From the NCBI RefSeq assembly GCF_009914755.1, contig NC_060927.1: a stretch of 64,000 nucleotides of DNA; one strand, given 5' to 3'. This stretch comes from the human T2T-CHM13v2.0 reference genome, Homo sapiens. The translations under genes and the position numbers were made by a program. How positions within the stretch are numbered: position 1 is the stretch's first letter; each line of letters opens with the position of its first letter. Below the pieces are notes generated by a model, which saw nothing but the letters and a program-made list of their open reading frames with translations, searched no databases and was not told the origin of the DNA. Shown one piece after another: positions 13,916 through 26,395 of this stretch.

Positions 13916-14814
13916 AGTAATACTTTAAGTGGAACTGGTGGATTTGAGTAAGTGCAGCTAATGATACATAATCAAAATGCATTAATATATATAATTTAAG
14001 AACATGTCTTTCCCTCCACCCCATTCCACCTAGGTCTTGGTTGCTGGTGGGTTCCTGGCTTCTTAGAAGAGAATATAGCTCATTTACCCTGTACTCATCC
14101 ATTTACTCAGTGCAGTTACTGATCCCTCTGAGATTGGAGTATCTGGAGAGAGCGAGAGAAGGGAAGGAAATATTCTCCCCTAACTGAAACCCTTTTAAGA
14201 TTTCTCAGGCCCTTTGGTAATGGCAGATGCTTGAAATTCAGTCTTGGAACCTTTGATGATGTCATGAAATCTTCAGAGGGCTCTTGCTGGATCAGAAAGC
14301 AACACCCACGGGTAAGGGGCTTCCCTTAGCTCTTGATTGTCAAGTGTTCTCCTCACATCCACTGATAGAAATTCTCTTGATTCAAATTCAATTTTAAATG
14401 ACTCTAGACTGACTGCATGTTTGGCCCACACATGAGGAACACATTGCTACAAACTTTACTTTGCCATTGTTGGAAGGGCGGGTACTTCTCAGATGTAAGT
14501 ACCTGTTTTGTCTCTGCCCAGCTGCTCAGGCTAATAACCATATCCTCATATTAAGATTTCTCTGGATAACTCCTATGTAGCCATTCAGTATGCCTTGGTA
14601 GGAACTCATGAGTTATCCAAAGCCATTTCCTTAAAGTTTCTTCTACTAGCACTTCATCTCCCTTCTGAAAGAAGGTACAAAACATTAGCCCTCCCTCAAG
14701 ACATTTCCACATAAATTCTTGTGACCCTTTTTGGACTCTGAGCGAGTGGTTCTAAGTGACAAGAAATACGTTTTAGTTTCTAGTAGTACTCCCTTTCTCC
14801 CCAGTATATTTTTA

Positions 14815-14895
14815 AACCTTCTGTTCAAGGTACTATATTGTTTTATTACAATGGTCATTTCACAAATACTTTTCTTGAGCAACATCTTAATCAGA
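14815..14895 (+). repeat. 81-bp dispersed direct repeat, copy 2
   Basis: Aligns ungapped to 12172-12252 with 7 mismatches. Confidence 0.9.
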
Positions 14896-15144
14896 ACTTA
14901 ATTGTCTTAATTCATAACTTAATTTGTTTTAAAACTAATTTTAGAATTTTAGTATTGGCTATCAAGGGCATTGCAGTTTAAATTTTTCAATTTAAATACT
15001 ATAAAAATAGCCATACCTGCCTATATTATCAACACTTAATAAAAGTAAGTACTATCGTCTACACTATTTCTTAAATTTTGATTTCTACAACAATTGGTCT
15101 GTTAAATGACACCTGACAAAATGTTGAAACGTTAGTCAGTACTA

Positions 15145-15390
15145 GCAGCTATTTATTGAGTTCTTATTATATGAAAGCCTCTTTTGAAAGTGGTTTACAT
15201 GTGCTAATGTATTTAATCTTTTTTAGTTTTCCATGACATATATACAAGTTTAATTTTACAAATAATGGAGTGGAGGCAAAAAAAAGGTGAAATAATCTTG
15301 CCCCAAATTGCAGACTTAATATAATATGCAGACCTAGAATTTAAACTTAAGACGTCTGACTAGATCTACAATTCTTAACTAGCTATAGGA
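15145..15390 (-). mobile_element. MIR (MIRb-like)
   Basis: TTTATTGAGTTCTTA...TTTTACAAAT...GAGGC...AGGTGAAATAATCTTGCCCC...AGAATTTAAAC...GTCTGACT. Confidence 0.75.
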
Positions 15391-16659
15391 TTTCTTTCTA
15401 AAGAGTTTCAAATGCTTGCATGTCTCAAAGAATTTTATGTTGCATAGAAAGCAATGTTGTAAGAGGGTTACTTTTGTGTAACAGATAAACTGGAAATCAA
15501 GAAAAAAGGGGGGTTAATCTGTGACCAAGTATGATATTAACATACTGTTTTCTTTCGCTCAAAAAAAAAGGGGAGTCTTTTCACTCGGAATTGCATATTT
15601 TACCGGCTATTTTACACTCTTTAAACTAATTGTCCTTGGTGGCTGCAGCTCTTAGAGGGAACAGTTTCTGGAGAGAATATAGGCAGTGACTCCTTTAGCA
15701 CTGCTCCCCCACTGCTAAGTGAGTTTAAGGCGTAAGTGCAGACGGAGAACTCGCCTCAGTAGAAACACACCACACTCATACTTTTCCATGATACAAAGAT
15801 TCATTTAGTGATAAAAACATAATTTAAAAACTCTGTCACAGGAAGTTAAATTTTTAAGTAAATGACAGCCTTACCATTTAAAAGGGCTCCGTGGCTGGAA
15901 GTTCCCAGTGATAAAACGTGTGTCATGCCACATGAGCCTTTCTTTCTCTACTTGCCCACAAGCTGCCATTAGGGTCATGTCATGCCATATTCTGCACACG
16001 GTGATTGTTTAACGTTGCACTCCGGTGTTGCACTAAGTACCATACCATTCATCCTAAATGACTCCCTTGAAAATTGCTTCTAAAAGTTTGTGCCAAAAAT
16101 GCTCATGAGGTGAACAATTTACTATCCTTTAGCTATTAAGATACTGAAAACTGTCACTTCAGGAAATTGAATACTGTATACCCTGTAAAACATGTTGTTC
16201 TGAAGCTTTGCTTCAACAATTACTACTTATCATCTGTCAGCTTGTGAGTATTGTGGTTAGTCAGTTGTTAAATTTAATACTGCAATAACATTCTGATATG
16301 AGAAAAAGAGAAATACTGGAATCTCAGTGCAGTGATTTGAATCTGAACAAACTGAAGGTGTTCATATCTGTATTATTGTTTGTATTTTATAAATTCTTCA
16401 TTGAGCTGTCAAGAAACTCAAGTTATTGTGGGGAACTCACAGGGTTCTACATTTTTAATTATGGTTACTTTCATTTACTTCAGTAGACACCATATTGGCC
16501 ATCATTTGACTATATATCAAGCACAAAGGACTAAAATTTTCAAATCAAGTCTTTCCCAACAATATCTATTGTTGTTAATTGAATTTCTATAAATTTCTTT
16601 AATGTTGAATAGACCAAATTTATTTTTGGCCAATTTAAATGGCAGAAATAAGCCTATAA

Positions 16660-16900
16660 AATACCTATATATGTATATACATACAAATATATATTACATA
16701 TTTCTACTATATAGAAATATATAAATAATTATAATTGTATATATAATATATAACATAAATATATAATTAAAATTATATATAGAATATATAATATAAATAT
16801 GTATATATAACATATGTCACATATTATAGATTATATTTCAATAATACATTTATTTCTCTCTATATATTCATATATATATTTCTTGTTATATGCTTATTTA
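16660..16900. repeat. (TA)n-rich low-complexity tract
   Basis: Near-pure A/T alternation over ~240 bp. Confidence 0.85.
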
Positions 16901-17769
16901 TATAAGGTATACCTGAAACAAAATTAAAAAGTTGATTACAATTCAAATACATATTCAACTTTCGAAGCTCAACTTCAGCTCCTATTCTAGCAGAAAAGTG
17001 AAAAGTGTTCCAGACTTTTTCCCCTGCAGTGACTTCTCTTTGTTTTGAATTCACAGCACTTATCCTTTTATCTAACAATTAATCAAGTACAGTCACTTGG
17101 CATCTTTTAAATTTATATATTTCCATTTAACATATGTGTTAATATTTCATATTTTAAACCCTATAGCAATGAGCATAATAAATTTGTAGTTTGTTCAAAC
17201 TGTTGTGAAAAACACAGTAAGAATGATAAATTCTAGTTCTGGTATTGAATGAGTCAGTTAAAGTCTCTCTAACTCAGGGATTTATTCACTTTTAAAAATT
17301 GAGCTATAATTTACCTGCAATAAAATGCATTAATATTAAATATTCAGTTCAAAGAGTTCTGGAAATTTTACACACCTTTATGACCATAACTCAAACATTT
17401 GTATCACCCAGCGTTCCCTCATGCCCCTTTTCAGTTCCTACCACCAACCCACCATCTGGGGCAACCACTCTCTAATTTCTATGACCATAGACGATTTGCC
17501 TGACTCTGACTTCATAGGAATGGAAGGACCCAGAATGTATTATTTTGTGCCTGTCTTCTTTTATTTAAGATGATTATCTTTGAGATTCATCCATGTTGCT
17601 GCAAGTATTTATAATCATTTGTTGTTTGTGCTGGATGTTGATCCATTGTTATGAATAAAATACAATTTGCTTTCTTTCCCTGTTCTTGGATATTTGGGTT
17701 GTTAAAAAGTTGTTGCTATTATTAATCTATGTTTTAACTTCTCTTGAGTAAAATGGGTATGTTTACTAG

Positions 17770-18139
<370 letters not shown>

Positions 18140-20927
18140 TTCGTCATCTTTTTAAATTAACTTATTACGGTAATTTTCTTGGTAGATTTCTTCAGATTAT
18201 CTAAGTAGACAATCATTCCACATAAGAATAAAGACTATTTTATTTTTTACATTCCAATATTCATGTAATTAGCTTTATGTTTGTGCATTATTGCACTAGT
18301 TACTACTTTTGAGTACCATGTTGAACATGATTAGTGAGAGCAAACATTTTTACTTTATGATGATATTGTACCATTAAGCAGGATATTTGCTATAGGTTTT
18401 TTTGTAGATAGTTTTTAACTAATTAAATAAGTTCTTTTATATTCCCAGTTTACTGAGAATTTTTGTCATGAAAGGTGTGGAATTTTGTCAATGACTTTTT
18501 CTATATCATTAAAAGTATTTTATCCTTTATCCTCTTAATGCATTGAATTTCACTGATTGATTTCAATTAATGAGGCAATCTTTTATTTCTGAGATAAACC
18601 CGCTTAGTCACGATTCATTCTCTCTCCTACCCTTCTCTCCTCCCTGAGGAGATATCTCATTTCTTTCATTCTTCTTTAGTATAAGGGTTCAGCTGGCCTT
18701 CCTACCTCCTTCAGTATTTTCTGAAAGTGTTTTTATAGAATTTGTATAGTATCTTTTTTAAATGGTTGAGAAATTTCACTGGTGCCACTGGTGACTCCAT
18801 CCGGGTGTTGAATTGTATGGTTGGAATAACTTTAATTAGGAATTACATTTTTCAATAGATACAGGTATATTATGATAATCTATTTTTTATTGTTTTAATT
18901 TTGGTAACTTGTATTTTTCAAGTCTTTTCTCAAAGGAAAAAAAGTAGTTAAATTTGTCCGCATTCAGTATTCTGTTGCCTGTGGGTTTGTCATAGATGAC
19001 TTTTATTACATTAAGGTATGTCCTTTCTATTTCAATTTTTCTAAGGGTTTTAATCTTAAAGTGATGCTGGATTTTGTCAAACACCTTTTCTGAGTCTATT
19101 GAGATTATCACGTGATTTTTGTTTTTAATTCTGTTTGTGTGGTATACAACATTTATTGACTTGCATATGTTAAACCATCCCTGCATTCTCTTTGAGAACT
19201 GGAAAAAGATAAGGATGCCCTCTCTCACCACTTCTGTTCAACATAGTACTGAACGTCCTAGCCAGCGCAATCAGACAAGAGAAAGAAATAAAGGGCATCC
19301 AAATCAGTGAAGAAGAAGTCAAACTGTAGCTGTTTGCTGATGATATGATAGTATACCTAGAAAACCCTAATGGCTCCTCCAAAAAGCTCCAAGAACTGAT
19401 AATCGAATTCAGCAAAGTTTCAAGATACAAAATTAATGTACACAAATCAGTAGCTCTGCTATCCACCAGCAGTGACCACGCTGAGAATCAAATCAAGAAT
19501 TCAACCCCTTTTACAATAGATGCAAAAAAATAAATTAAAATACTTAGGAATATACCTAACCAAGGAGGTGAGAGACCTCTACATGAAAAACTACAAAACA
19601 CTGCTGAAAGAGATCATAGATGACACAAACAAATGGAAACACATCCCGTGCTCATGGATGGGTAGAATCATTATTGTGAAAATGACCATACTGCCAAGAG
19701 TAATCTACAAATTCAGTGCAATCCCCATTAAAACACCACTACCATTCTTCACAGAACTAGAAAAGACAATCTTAGAATTCATATTGAATGAAAAAAAATA
19801 AGTCTGTATAGACAAAACAAGACTAAGCAAAAAGAACAAATCTGGAAGCATCATATTACCCGACTTCAAACTGTACTAAAAGCCAGAGTCATCAAAACAA
19901 CATGGTACTGGTATAAAAATAGGCACATAGACCAATGGAACACAGAATAGAAAACACTGAAATAAACCCAAATACTTACAGCCAAATGATCTTTGACAAA
20001 TCAAACAAAAACGTAAGTGGGGAAAAGACACCGTTTCAACAAATGGTGCTGGAATAATTGGCAAGCCACACATAGAAGAATGAAACTGGATCCTCATTTT
20101 TCACCTTATACAAAAATCAACCCAAGATGGATCAAGAACTTAAATCTAAGACCTGAAACCATAGGAATTCTAGAAGGTAACATTCGAAAAACCCTTCTAG
20201 ACATTGGCTTAGCAAAGAGGCTTAGGCAAAGACTTTACGACCAAGAACTCAAAAGCAAATGCAACAAAAACAATGATAAACAGGTGGGGCTCAATTAAAT
20301 TAAACAATTTCTGCACAAGGAAAGAAGCAATCAGCAGAGTAAACAGACAACCCACAGAGTGGGAGAAAATCTTCACAATCTATATAACTGACAAAGGACT
20401 AATATCCAGAATCTACAAGGAACTCAAATTAGCAAGAAAAACAAACAAACAAATAAACATTTCCATCAACAAGGGCTAAGGACATGAATAGACAATTTTT
20501 GAAAGAAGATATACGAATGGCCAACAAACATGAAAAAATGCTCAGCATCAGTAATTACCAGGGAAATGCAAATCAAAATCACAATGTGATACCACCTTAC
20601 TTTTGCAAGAATGGACACAATCAAAAAATTAAAAAATAATAGAGGTCAATGGGAATGCTGTGAAAAGGGAACAATTTTACACTGTAAGTAGGAATGCAAA
20701 ATAGTACAACCACTGTGGAAAACAGTGTGGGGATCCCTCAAATAACTAAAAGTAGAACTACCCTTTGATCTAGCAATCCCACTCCTGGTTATCTACCCAG
20801 AGGAAAAAATGTCACTATATAAAAAAGATATTTGCACACACATGTTTAGAGCAGCACAATTCACAATTGCAAAAATATGAAACCAGCCCACATGTCCATA
20901 AATCAATGAGTGAATAAAGAAATTGTG

Positions 20928-20963
<36 letters not shown>

Positions 20964-20997
20964 GTATGTATATATGCACACACACACACACACACAC
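20928..20997. repeat. Compound (TA)n(TATG)n(CA)n microsatellite inside L1PB
   Basis: Read directly. Confidence 0.9.
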
Positions 20998-21184
20998 GCC
21001 ATGGAATACTATTCAGACATAACAAGGGAATGAAATAATGGCATTCTTCACAACCTGGATGGAATTGGAGACCATTATTCTAAGTGAAGTAACTCAGGAA
21101 TGGAAAACTAAACATTGTATGTTCTCACTCACAAGTGGGAGCTAAGCCATGAGGATGCAAAGGCATAAGAATGATACAATGGAC

Positions 21185-21487
21185 AGCTGGGCACAGTGGC
21201 TCACGCCTGTAATCCCAGCACTTTGGGAGGCTGAGGCGGGCGGATCATGAGGTCAGGAGTTCGAGACCAGCTTGACTAACAGGCTGAAACTCCGTCTGTA
21301 TTAAAAATACAAAAATTAGCTGGGCATCGTGGTGCACACCTGTAATCCCAGCTACTCTGGAGGCTGAGGCAGGAGAATTGCTTGAACCCTGGAGGTGGAG
21401 GTTGCCGTGAGCCAAGATTGCAACACTATGCTCCAGCCTGGATGACAGAGCAAGACTCTGTCTCAAAAAACAAACAAACAGAAAAAC
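21185..21487 (+). mobile_element. AluSg-like, inserted in the L1PB 3'UTR
   Basis: GATCATGAGGTCAGGAGTTCGAGACCAGC; TSD AT(A/G)CAATGGAC. Confidence 0.93.
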
Positions 21488-23479
21488 ATGCAATGGACTT
21501 TGGGGACTTGGAGGAAAGGACGGGAAGGAGGTGAGGTATAAATAACCACAAATTGGGTTCAGTGTATATTTCTCGGGTGATGTGTGCACCAAAATCTCAC
21601 AAATCACCACTAAAGAACTTATTCATATAACCAAACACCACCTGTTCTCCCAAACCTATGGAAATTAAAACAAAATTGTAAAATTTATTGAAATTAAGTT
21701 GTTCCTAATATTCCTTTATTATCCTTTTATTATCAATAGGAGCAATAATGATTTGCTCCTGGTATTGGGAATTTGTGTTATTTTGTTCTGGGTCAGTCTT
21801 TCTCTGGGCATATCAATCTTATTAATCATATTGAAGAAACAATGTTTTACTCTGTTGCTTTTCTCTATTGTTTTTCTCTGTCTTTTATAAAACAAATTTT
21901 ATCTCCTATGATTAAGCTTTTCTTCTACATGTGTTGCAGTTAATTTGCCTTTCTTTTTTTTTTTTTTTCTTTCCAAAGTGGAACTTTAAAATCGCGATAT
22001 TGTCTTTCCTGGTCACTTACATACAAATGTAAACCTATAAATGTTTCCGTAAGCAGTGCTTTAGCTGTATCAACATATTTTTAATTTAATTTTTCTTTAT
22101 CATTCAGTTCAAAATGCTTTCTAATTTCCTTTGTGACTTCTTAGACTTACAGGAAAATGGAACAATTGTTCTGTTTTAATTAAAAGAAACATACATACTA
22201 ATTGTTTGTATATGTTGGCTAATACTTTTCCTGACAAAACTATAACTGAGATATTAATTAATAGCTTTTTTAAACTAGGTAATAAGATAAGCAAGACCAT
22301 CAGCTTTTTGTTTGATTTAAAGTATCTGTAAAATTTCAACTTGTTTTTAAAAAGGGCTTATATAGTATTCCTGATAAAGAGGAGATCATCTTGACAAATC
22401 AGGTTCAGCTTAAAAACAACTCTATATCTTCTCCCCATTTTATCACCACTTGAAAATTATGCTAACGAAATTTATGTGTTAGCACAATTGTGCGATTAAT
22501 TGCCTGTAATTTAAAGTTTTAGATCAATTTTTTTATATTTTTTAACATGTGCAGTGAGTTATCATTTTTCCTCAAATTATATTTGCAAAAATATAAAAAT
22601 TTGTTGGGTTATCCTTTGCTGTATGAAACTGAAACATCTAACTTAGATTTAACATAAATGTATTCTTGTTGGTCTTTCGCTGGTGGTCTTTATTTAATAC
22701 AGTCTCAATAAATATCAAAGAAAAAGTGGTATATAAAACACAGTTGTTGGCCACAATATAACTAAGTTACAGAGCAATGAAAATTTAAATAGAAATATAC
22801 AAACAAACTGAAATACTGTTATAACCTAGAAAAATGAACTGTAATAAAAATTTAAACTCTTTTTATAATACGTAACACTGAAACTACTACATTTTAGAAC
22901 TTGTTAAGTGCAAATAAGAGTTGTTAGATGGAATTTTATAGTATTCCATGCTTATCCCATCCAGGTTCTTTTTTTCCAGTATTCAGGTTCTTTGTTAGAA
23001 ACTAGATATTCATTTTGATCAAAACACATACAGCCCTTGCCTTCTAGCAGCTTAGATTCATTTATATCTTTTATTCTTAATCATTTATGCATTTGTTCAT
23101 CAAATTGCATCTTTAAATGTAAAAGTTGGTGCAGTAATAAGTGGATTATATACCTGTTTTCTAGATACTTGTATATATGATTAGAGAGAATATAATGACT
23201 ATATTATATGTTATGTTATATATTATATATATAATATGACTATATATTGACACTATATAATAACTAACAATAAAGAAATAGCTAACAAAAATGAGGCAAT
23301 ATGTTGAAAAAGATATAGATAGAAAATATAGCATGAGATAAAAGCAGAAAAAATATTGTATTTGGGGGAATTTACCAGGAAAACACACAAAAAAAGGGTG
23401 GGGAATTAAAAAGAAAAAAGATTGTGTGCAGGAGTAGAATTATAGTATTTCATTTAGCAGGTATAAAACATTTCTGAAG

Positions 23480-25100
23480 TTATTTGTCATTACTTAAGGT
23501 TGTGATAAAGAGAAACTTTTCTGAAGTAACCTCACATGAGAACATACTCAGAGGCATGGAATTTGGGCAGAGTGATATCTGTTACTTACAGAATCCTTGG
23601 TGCTTTGCCTTCAGGCAAGAAGTATTGAAGAGCCGGGGCAATAAGGATCTCTTGGGAGACAAGTTTCCTTACATCTCTCAATGTCTGCATGTCTATCTAG
23701 AAAAGGCACTGATGGCCTTTGTTATTAACCATCTTTTCAGGGATGTTTGTAGTGCCTACATCTGGAACACCCACTAAATATATTTATTTTCCAGTATAAT
23801 AAAGACATGATATCTCCTTCCAGGGCATAGAACAAGCAGGCTTAAAGCCTATCAGAAAAGATGTATGTTTTCAGAGATGGAAGTTCTCCAACACTCACTG
23901 TGTGTACAGCATCCACATAAGTCCCTCCACATTGCCCCGTGAAACATGGGGCTCAATGGGAAAAACAAAACAAAACAAAAAACAAAAAAAACAAACATGA
24001 AGCTTGTTGTGCCATGAATAATAAGTCCTATGTCTCTGATCCAGAAATCTTATGTCTTCTGCCAGCATACATCAACTGTGGCACACTAACATGTCAGCTG
24101 ACAACTAAAGTGAGATCTCTATTTGACTCAAACAGGAGAGTTTACTCGCATTGAAGAGTGACACTTAATGCAGGCTGTCTAAAGTTTCAAACCATGGAGG
24201 GGTTAAGGGCTCTGGTAGAAGTGGGTTTAACCACTACCTCCAATTCTTTATCATGTGAGGGCTGAAATGGGTGAAATATATGGGTGAAATATACAGCTTG
24301 AAATATATGGGTGAAATATACAGCATGCCTACCATATACAATAATCCTTTGCAATCCATCAAAATTTGGTGTTGATGCTTCATCAAGTAATTTGGAGATT
24401 GCCTGTACCATTTTCTTTCCCTTCTCCTAAGAATGACATTGGTTTAAGGAAGAAAATGGGCATTCTGTCTGGTCATGTTAAATAAAATTATTGATGTCAT
24501 TCTGACTGTGCTTGAACCGAATAGTGATGCCATAGACCTAATTCAAAGATGTTCTGCCATAAAATATAAATCATTCAGCATTTGACACATGGGTTTTAAC
24601 CATGTTTTTTTCTTTTAACATGGTCAAACCATGATTAACTGTGCATTTTAACCAGCGATCTGGAAGTGAAACATGGCAAGTTATACAGATGAGTTCATGG
24701 TCAATGAGAAATGGTAGGTATGCCAATATTGTGTGCTCAACAATTTGGCAAATAGGTAAATGACTGTAGAAATAGAAGGTGGACAACTGAGCAAGAGAGT
24801 AGAGGTGGTAGGAAACAGTGTTAAATCTGACAGCAGTTTCTTCATCCAAATTGCCCTGGACAGGAAGTAAGACAAACAATATAGTCTTTGTTGAAATATT
24901 AGTAATATGTATGATTGTGGGTTGCTCTGGCCAGAGCCACAGGAAGAGAAGTTTGAATTCTTTGCAGAATAAATAGAAATGTAGCAAAAAAGGAATATAT
25001 TGGATCTTGAGCAGCACAGGGATGATGTTAAATTTGAACGAACTTGAGTTAGTAATGGCGTGGAATTCAAGATTGCATCAGCCCCTGTGTCAGACCAGCT
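23480..25100 (-). mobile_element. Highly decayed gamma-type ERV env remnant (SU end, cleavage site, TM), split by an LTR
   Basis: Collinear minus-strand motifs: LIC...LPDRWLKCTV (~24640-24695), RRRER (24414-24428), ELEVVVK (~24228-24248), VNSP (~24135-24146), then after the LTR ALQYFLPE (23610-23633) and FHASEYV; resembles LPxxWxGxC / RxxR / LEKVVRNLS / LNSL / ALDYLLAE / INxSGxV; multiple frameshifts. Confidence 0.5.
23650..24127 (+). mobile_element. ERVL solo LTR (LTR53/LTR47/MER76 group)
   Basis: T(C/G)TTGGGAGACAA...GGCACTGATGGCCTTTGTT...CTTTTCAGGGATGTTTGTA...GTCTCTGATCCAG...GTCTTCTGCCAGCAT...ACTGTGGCA. Confidence 0.75.
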
Positions 25101-25559
25101 TAAAATTCATTCACGTCCCTATTGACAGAAATCATTTTATCAAAAGAGGAAAAAGCTGAAGCTATCTGAAAATTTTAAAAAAATGCAGAAAAGCAACCAG
25201 GATAGGGACACCAACTAACACTTTTGTGAATGAAGAGAAGTAGATTGGGAGAGCAAGTCCGTCTTGAAAAAGCTAATAAGGAAATGAAATCCACACCCTA
25301 TTTTAGGGGAATACGGAGCTTCTCTGAAAGAACATCCTGTATTTTAATATGGGATATGGTAGTAGAAAAGAAGGATGAACTGCATCTTCCTAAGGAAACT
25401 TTTCCTAAGTGTTGGAAAAAGATGCAAGTCTATGTACGTGGAGTATAGGAGGTATAGAAAGTGAAATTTCTCCTGCTCCCCTCTTTGACTTCACTGGTCC
25501 CTGGTGGGTGTTGAGACCACATACAACTCCTCTTATTCAGTCATTCTGTGGAAAACATC

Positions 25560-26330
25560 CTTTGCTTCAGATGGATTAAATGTGGTTACACTTCTACTTG
25601 TGTCCTTATGATGACCCTGAAATTTCCAGAGAAATTTGTGGTGTTGTCAGGAAAAATGGTTACATGTGTTAGGTGTCCAGCCTCGGGGAAACATCTGTAA
25701 CTATTTTCATTTTGAATTTGTTGCTTTACTAATAGCCTGGGGCCTATTGTCCAGCTATGCTTCTCATTCATGTGTTGTTGTATCAAACAGAAAGTGGGAA
25801 GAGAAGAGAGCTGAATCTGGTGGACCACAGCTGGCATGTTTCTGAGTTTAGATAGTTTTGATTCACTGATGCCCAGCAATCAAAGACAGGACCAAGGGAA
25901 AAGCAAAACAAAGACACTGAGCAAATGGAATCACTCTCCCTTACTGGGGCGGGGGGAACATTGATGTGTTTTAGAACAGTAGCATACACTTGAGCTAAAG
26001 AACAAGGACAAAGAGCACATTAGATGTGCCACGCAGGAGGTCAGCATAGCAACGAAAAAGAGCTAGGGTTCCAGTTCTGGCACTGTTAACAGCAGGCATA
26101 TCTTCCTGCTTAATTTGATCATCCCAGTCAGCGTATGCATTGGATACCCACTACAATACTTACCAATCTATGGAGGGTAATCGGAGACTCACTGGAGCTA
26201 CAGATGTAGTCTGCTGCAACCACCTGCTACCTGGAGAAACTGCTCAGCAGCTCAGAATCTCCACTCACTGTAGATTTCATATTGTTTAAACTACAGAATG
26301 TAACTCCAGATAAGTATTTTGTAGATTTTT
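25560..26330 (-). mobile_element. Possible ERV gag/leader remnant
   Basis: Minus-strand SYRCFPEAGHLTHVTIFPDNTTNFSGNFRVIIRT resembles the gamma Gag CA start; upstream PPAP; GTAAGT donor at 26158-26163; upstream of env in the same orientation. Confidence 0.35.
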
Positions 26331-26395
26331 CTAGAGCATTGATTCTTGAGAAGAAAGAAGGCATTTCCTACAAAAATCATGGAGATTTGTGTGTG

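Larger units (their letters stand above)
18945..21675 (+). mobile_element. L1PB1-like LINE with 5' inversion (18945-19188 inverted)
   Basis: Plus-strand ORF2 fragments (MIVYLENP..., KYLGIYLT...[21 protein letters not shown]); minus-strand [12 protein letters not shown] upstream; L1PB 3' end AAATCACCACTAAAGAACTT...CCTATGGAAATT. Confidence 0.92.

Noticed and set aside
13915-14720. GC-richer block that may be an old LTR (similar blocks at ~30900-31250, 35690-36240, 60600-61150)
   Set aside because: I could not assign a family or termini with confidence from memory; left unannotated pending a Dfam search.
24187-24411. ORF MVQAISKLLD...NFDGLQRIIVYGRHAV...HD superficially resembles the foamy-virus Env TM start
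   Set aside because: The match needs ad hoc indels and lacks the foamy fusion-peptide segment; the neighbouring motifs fit a gamma-type Env better and explain more of the region. A profile search would settle it.
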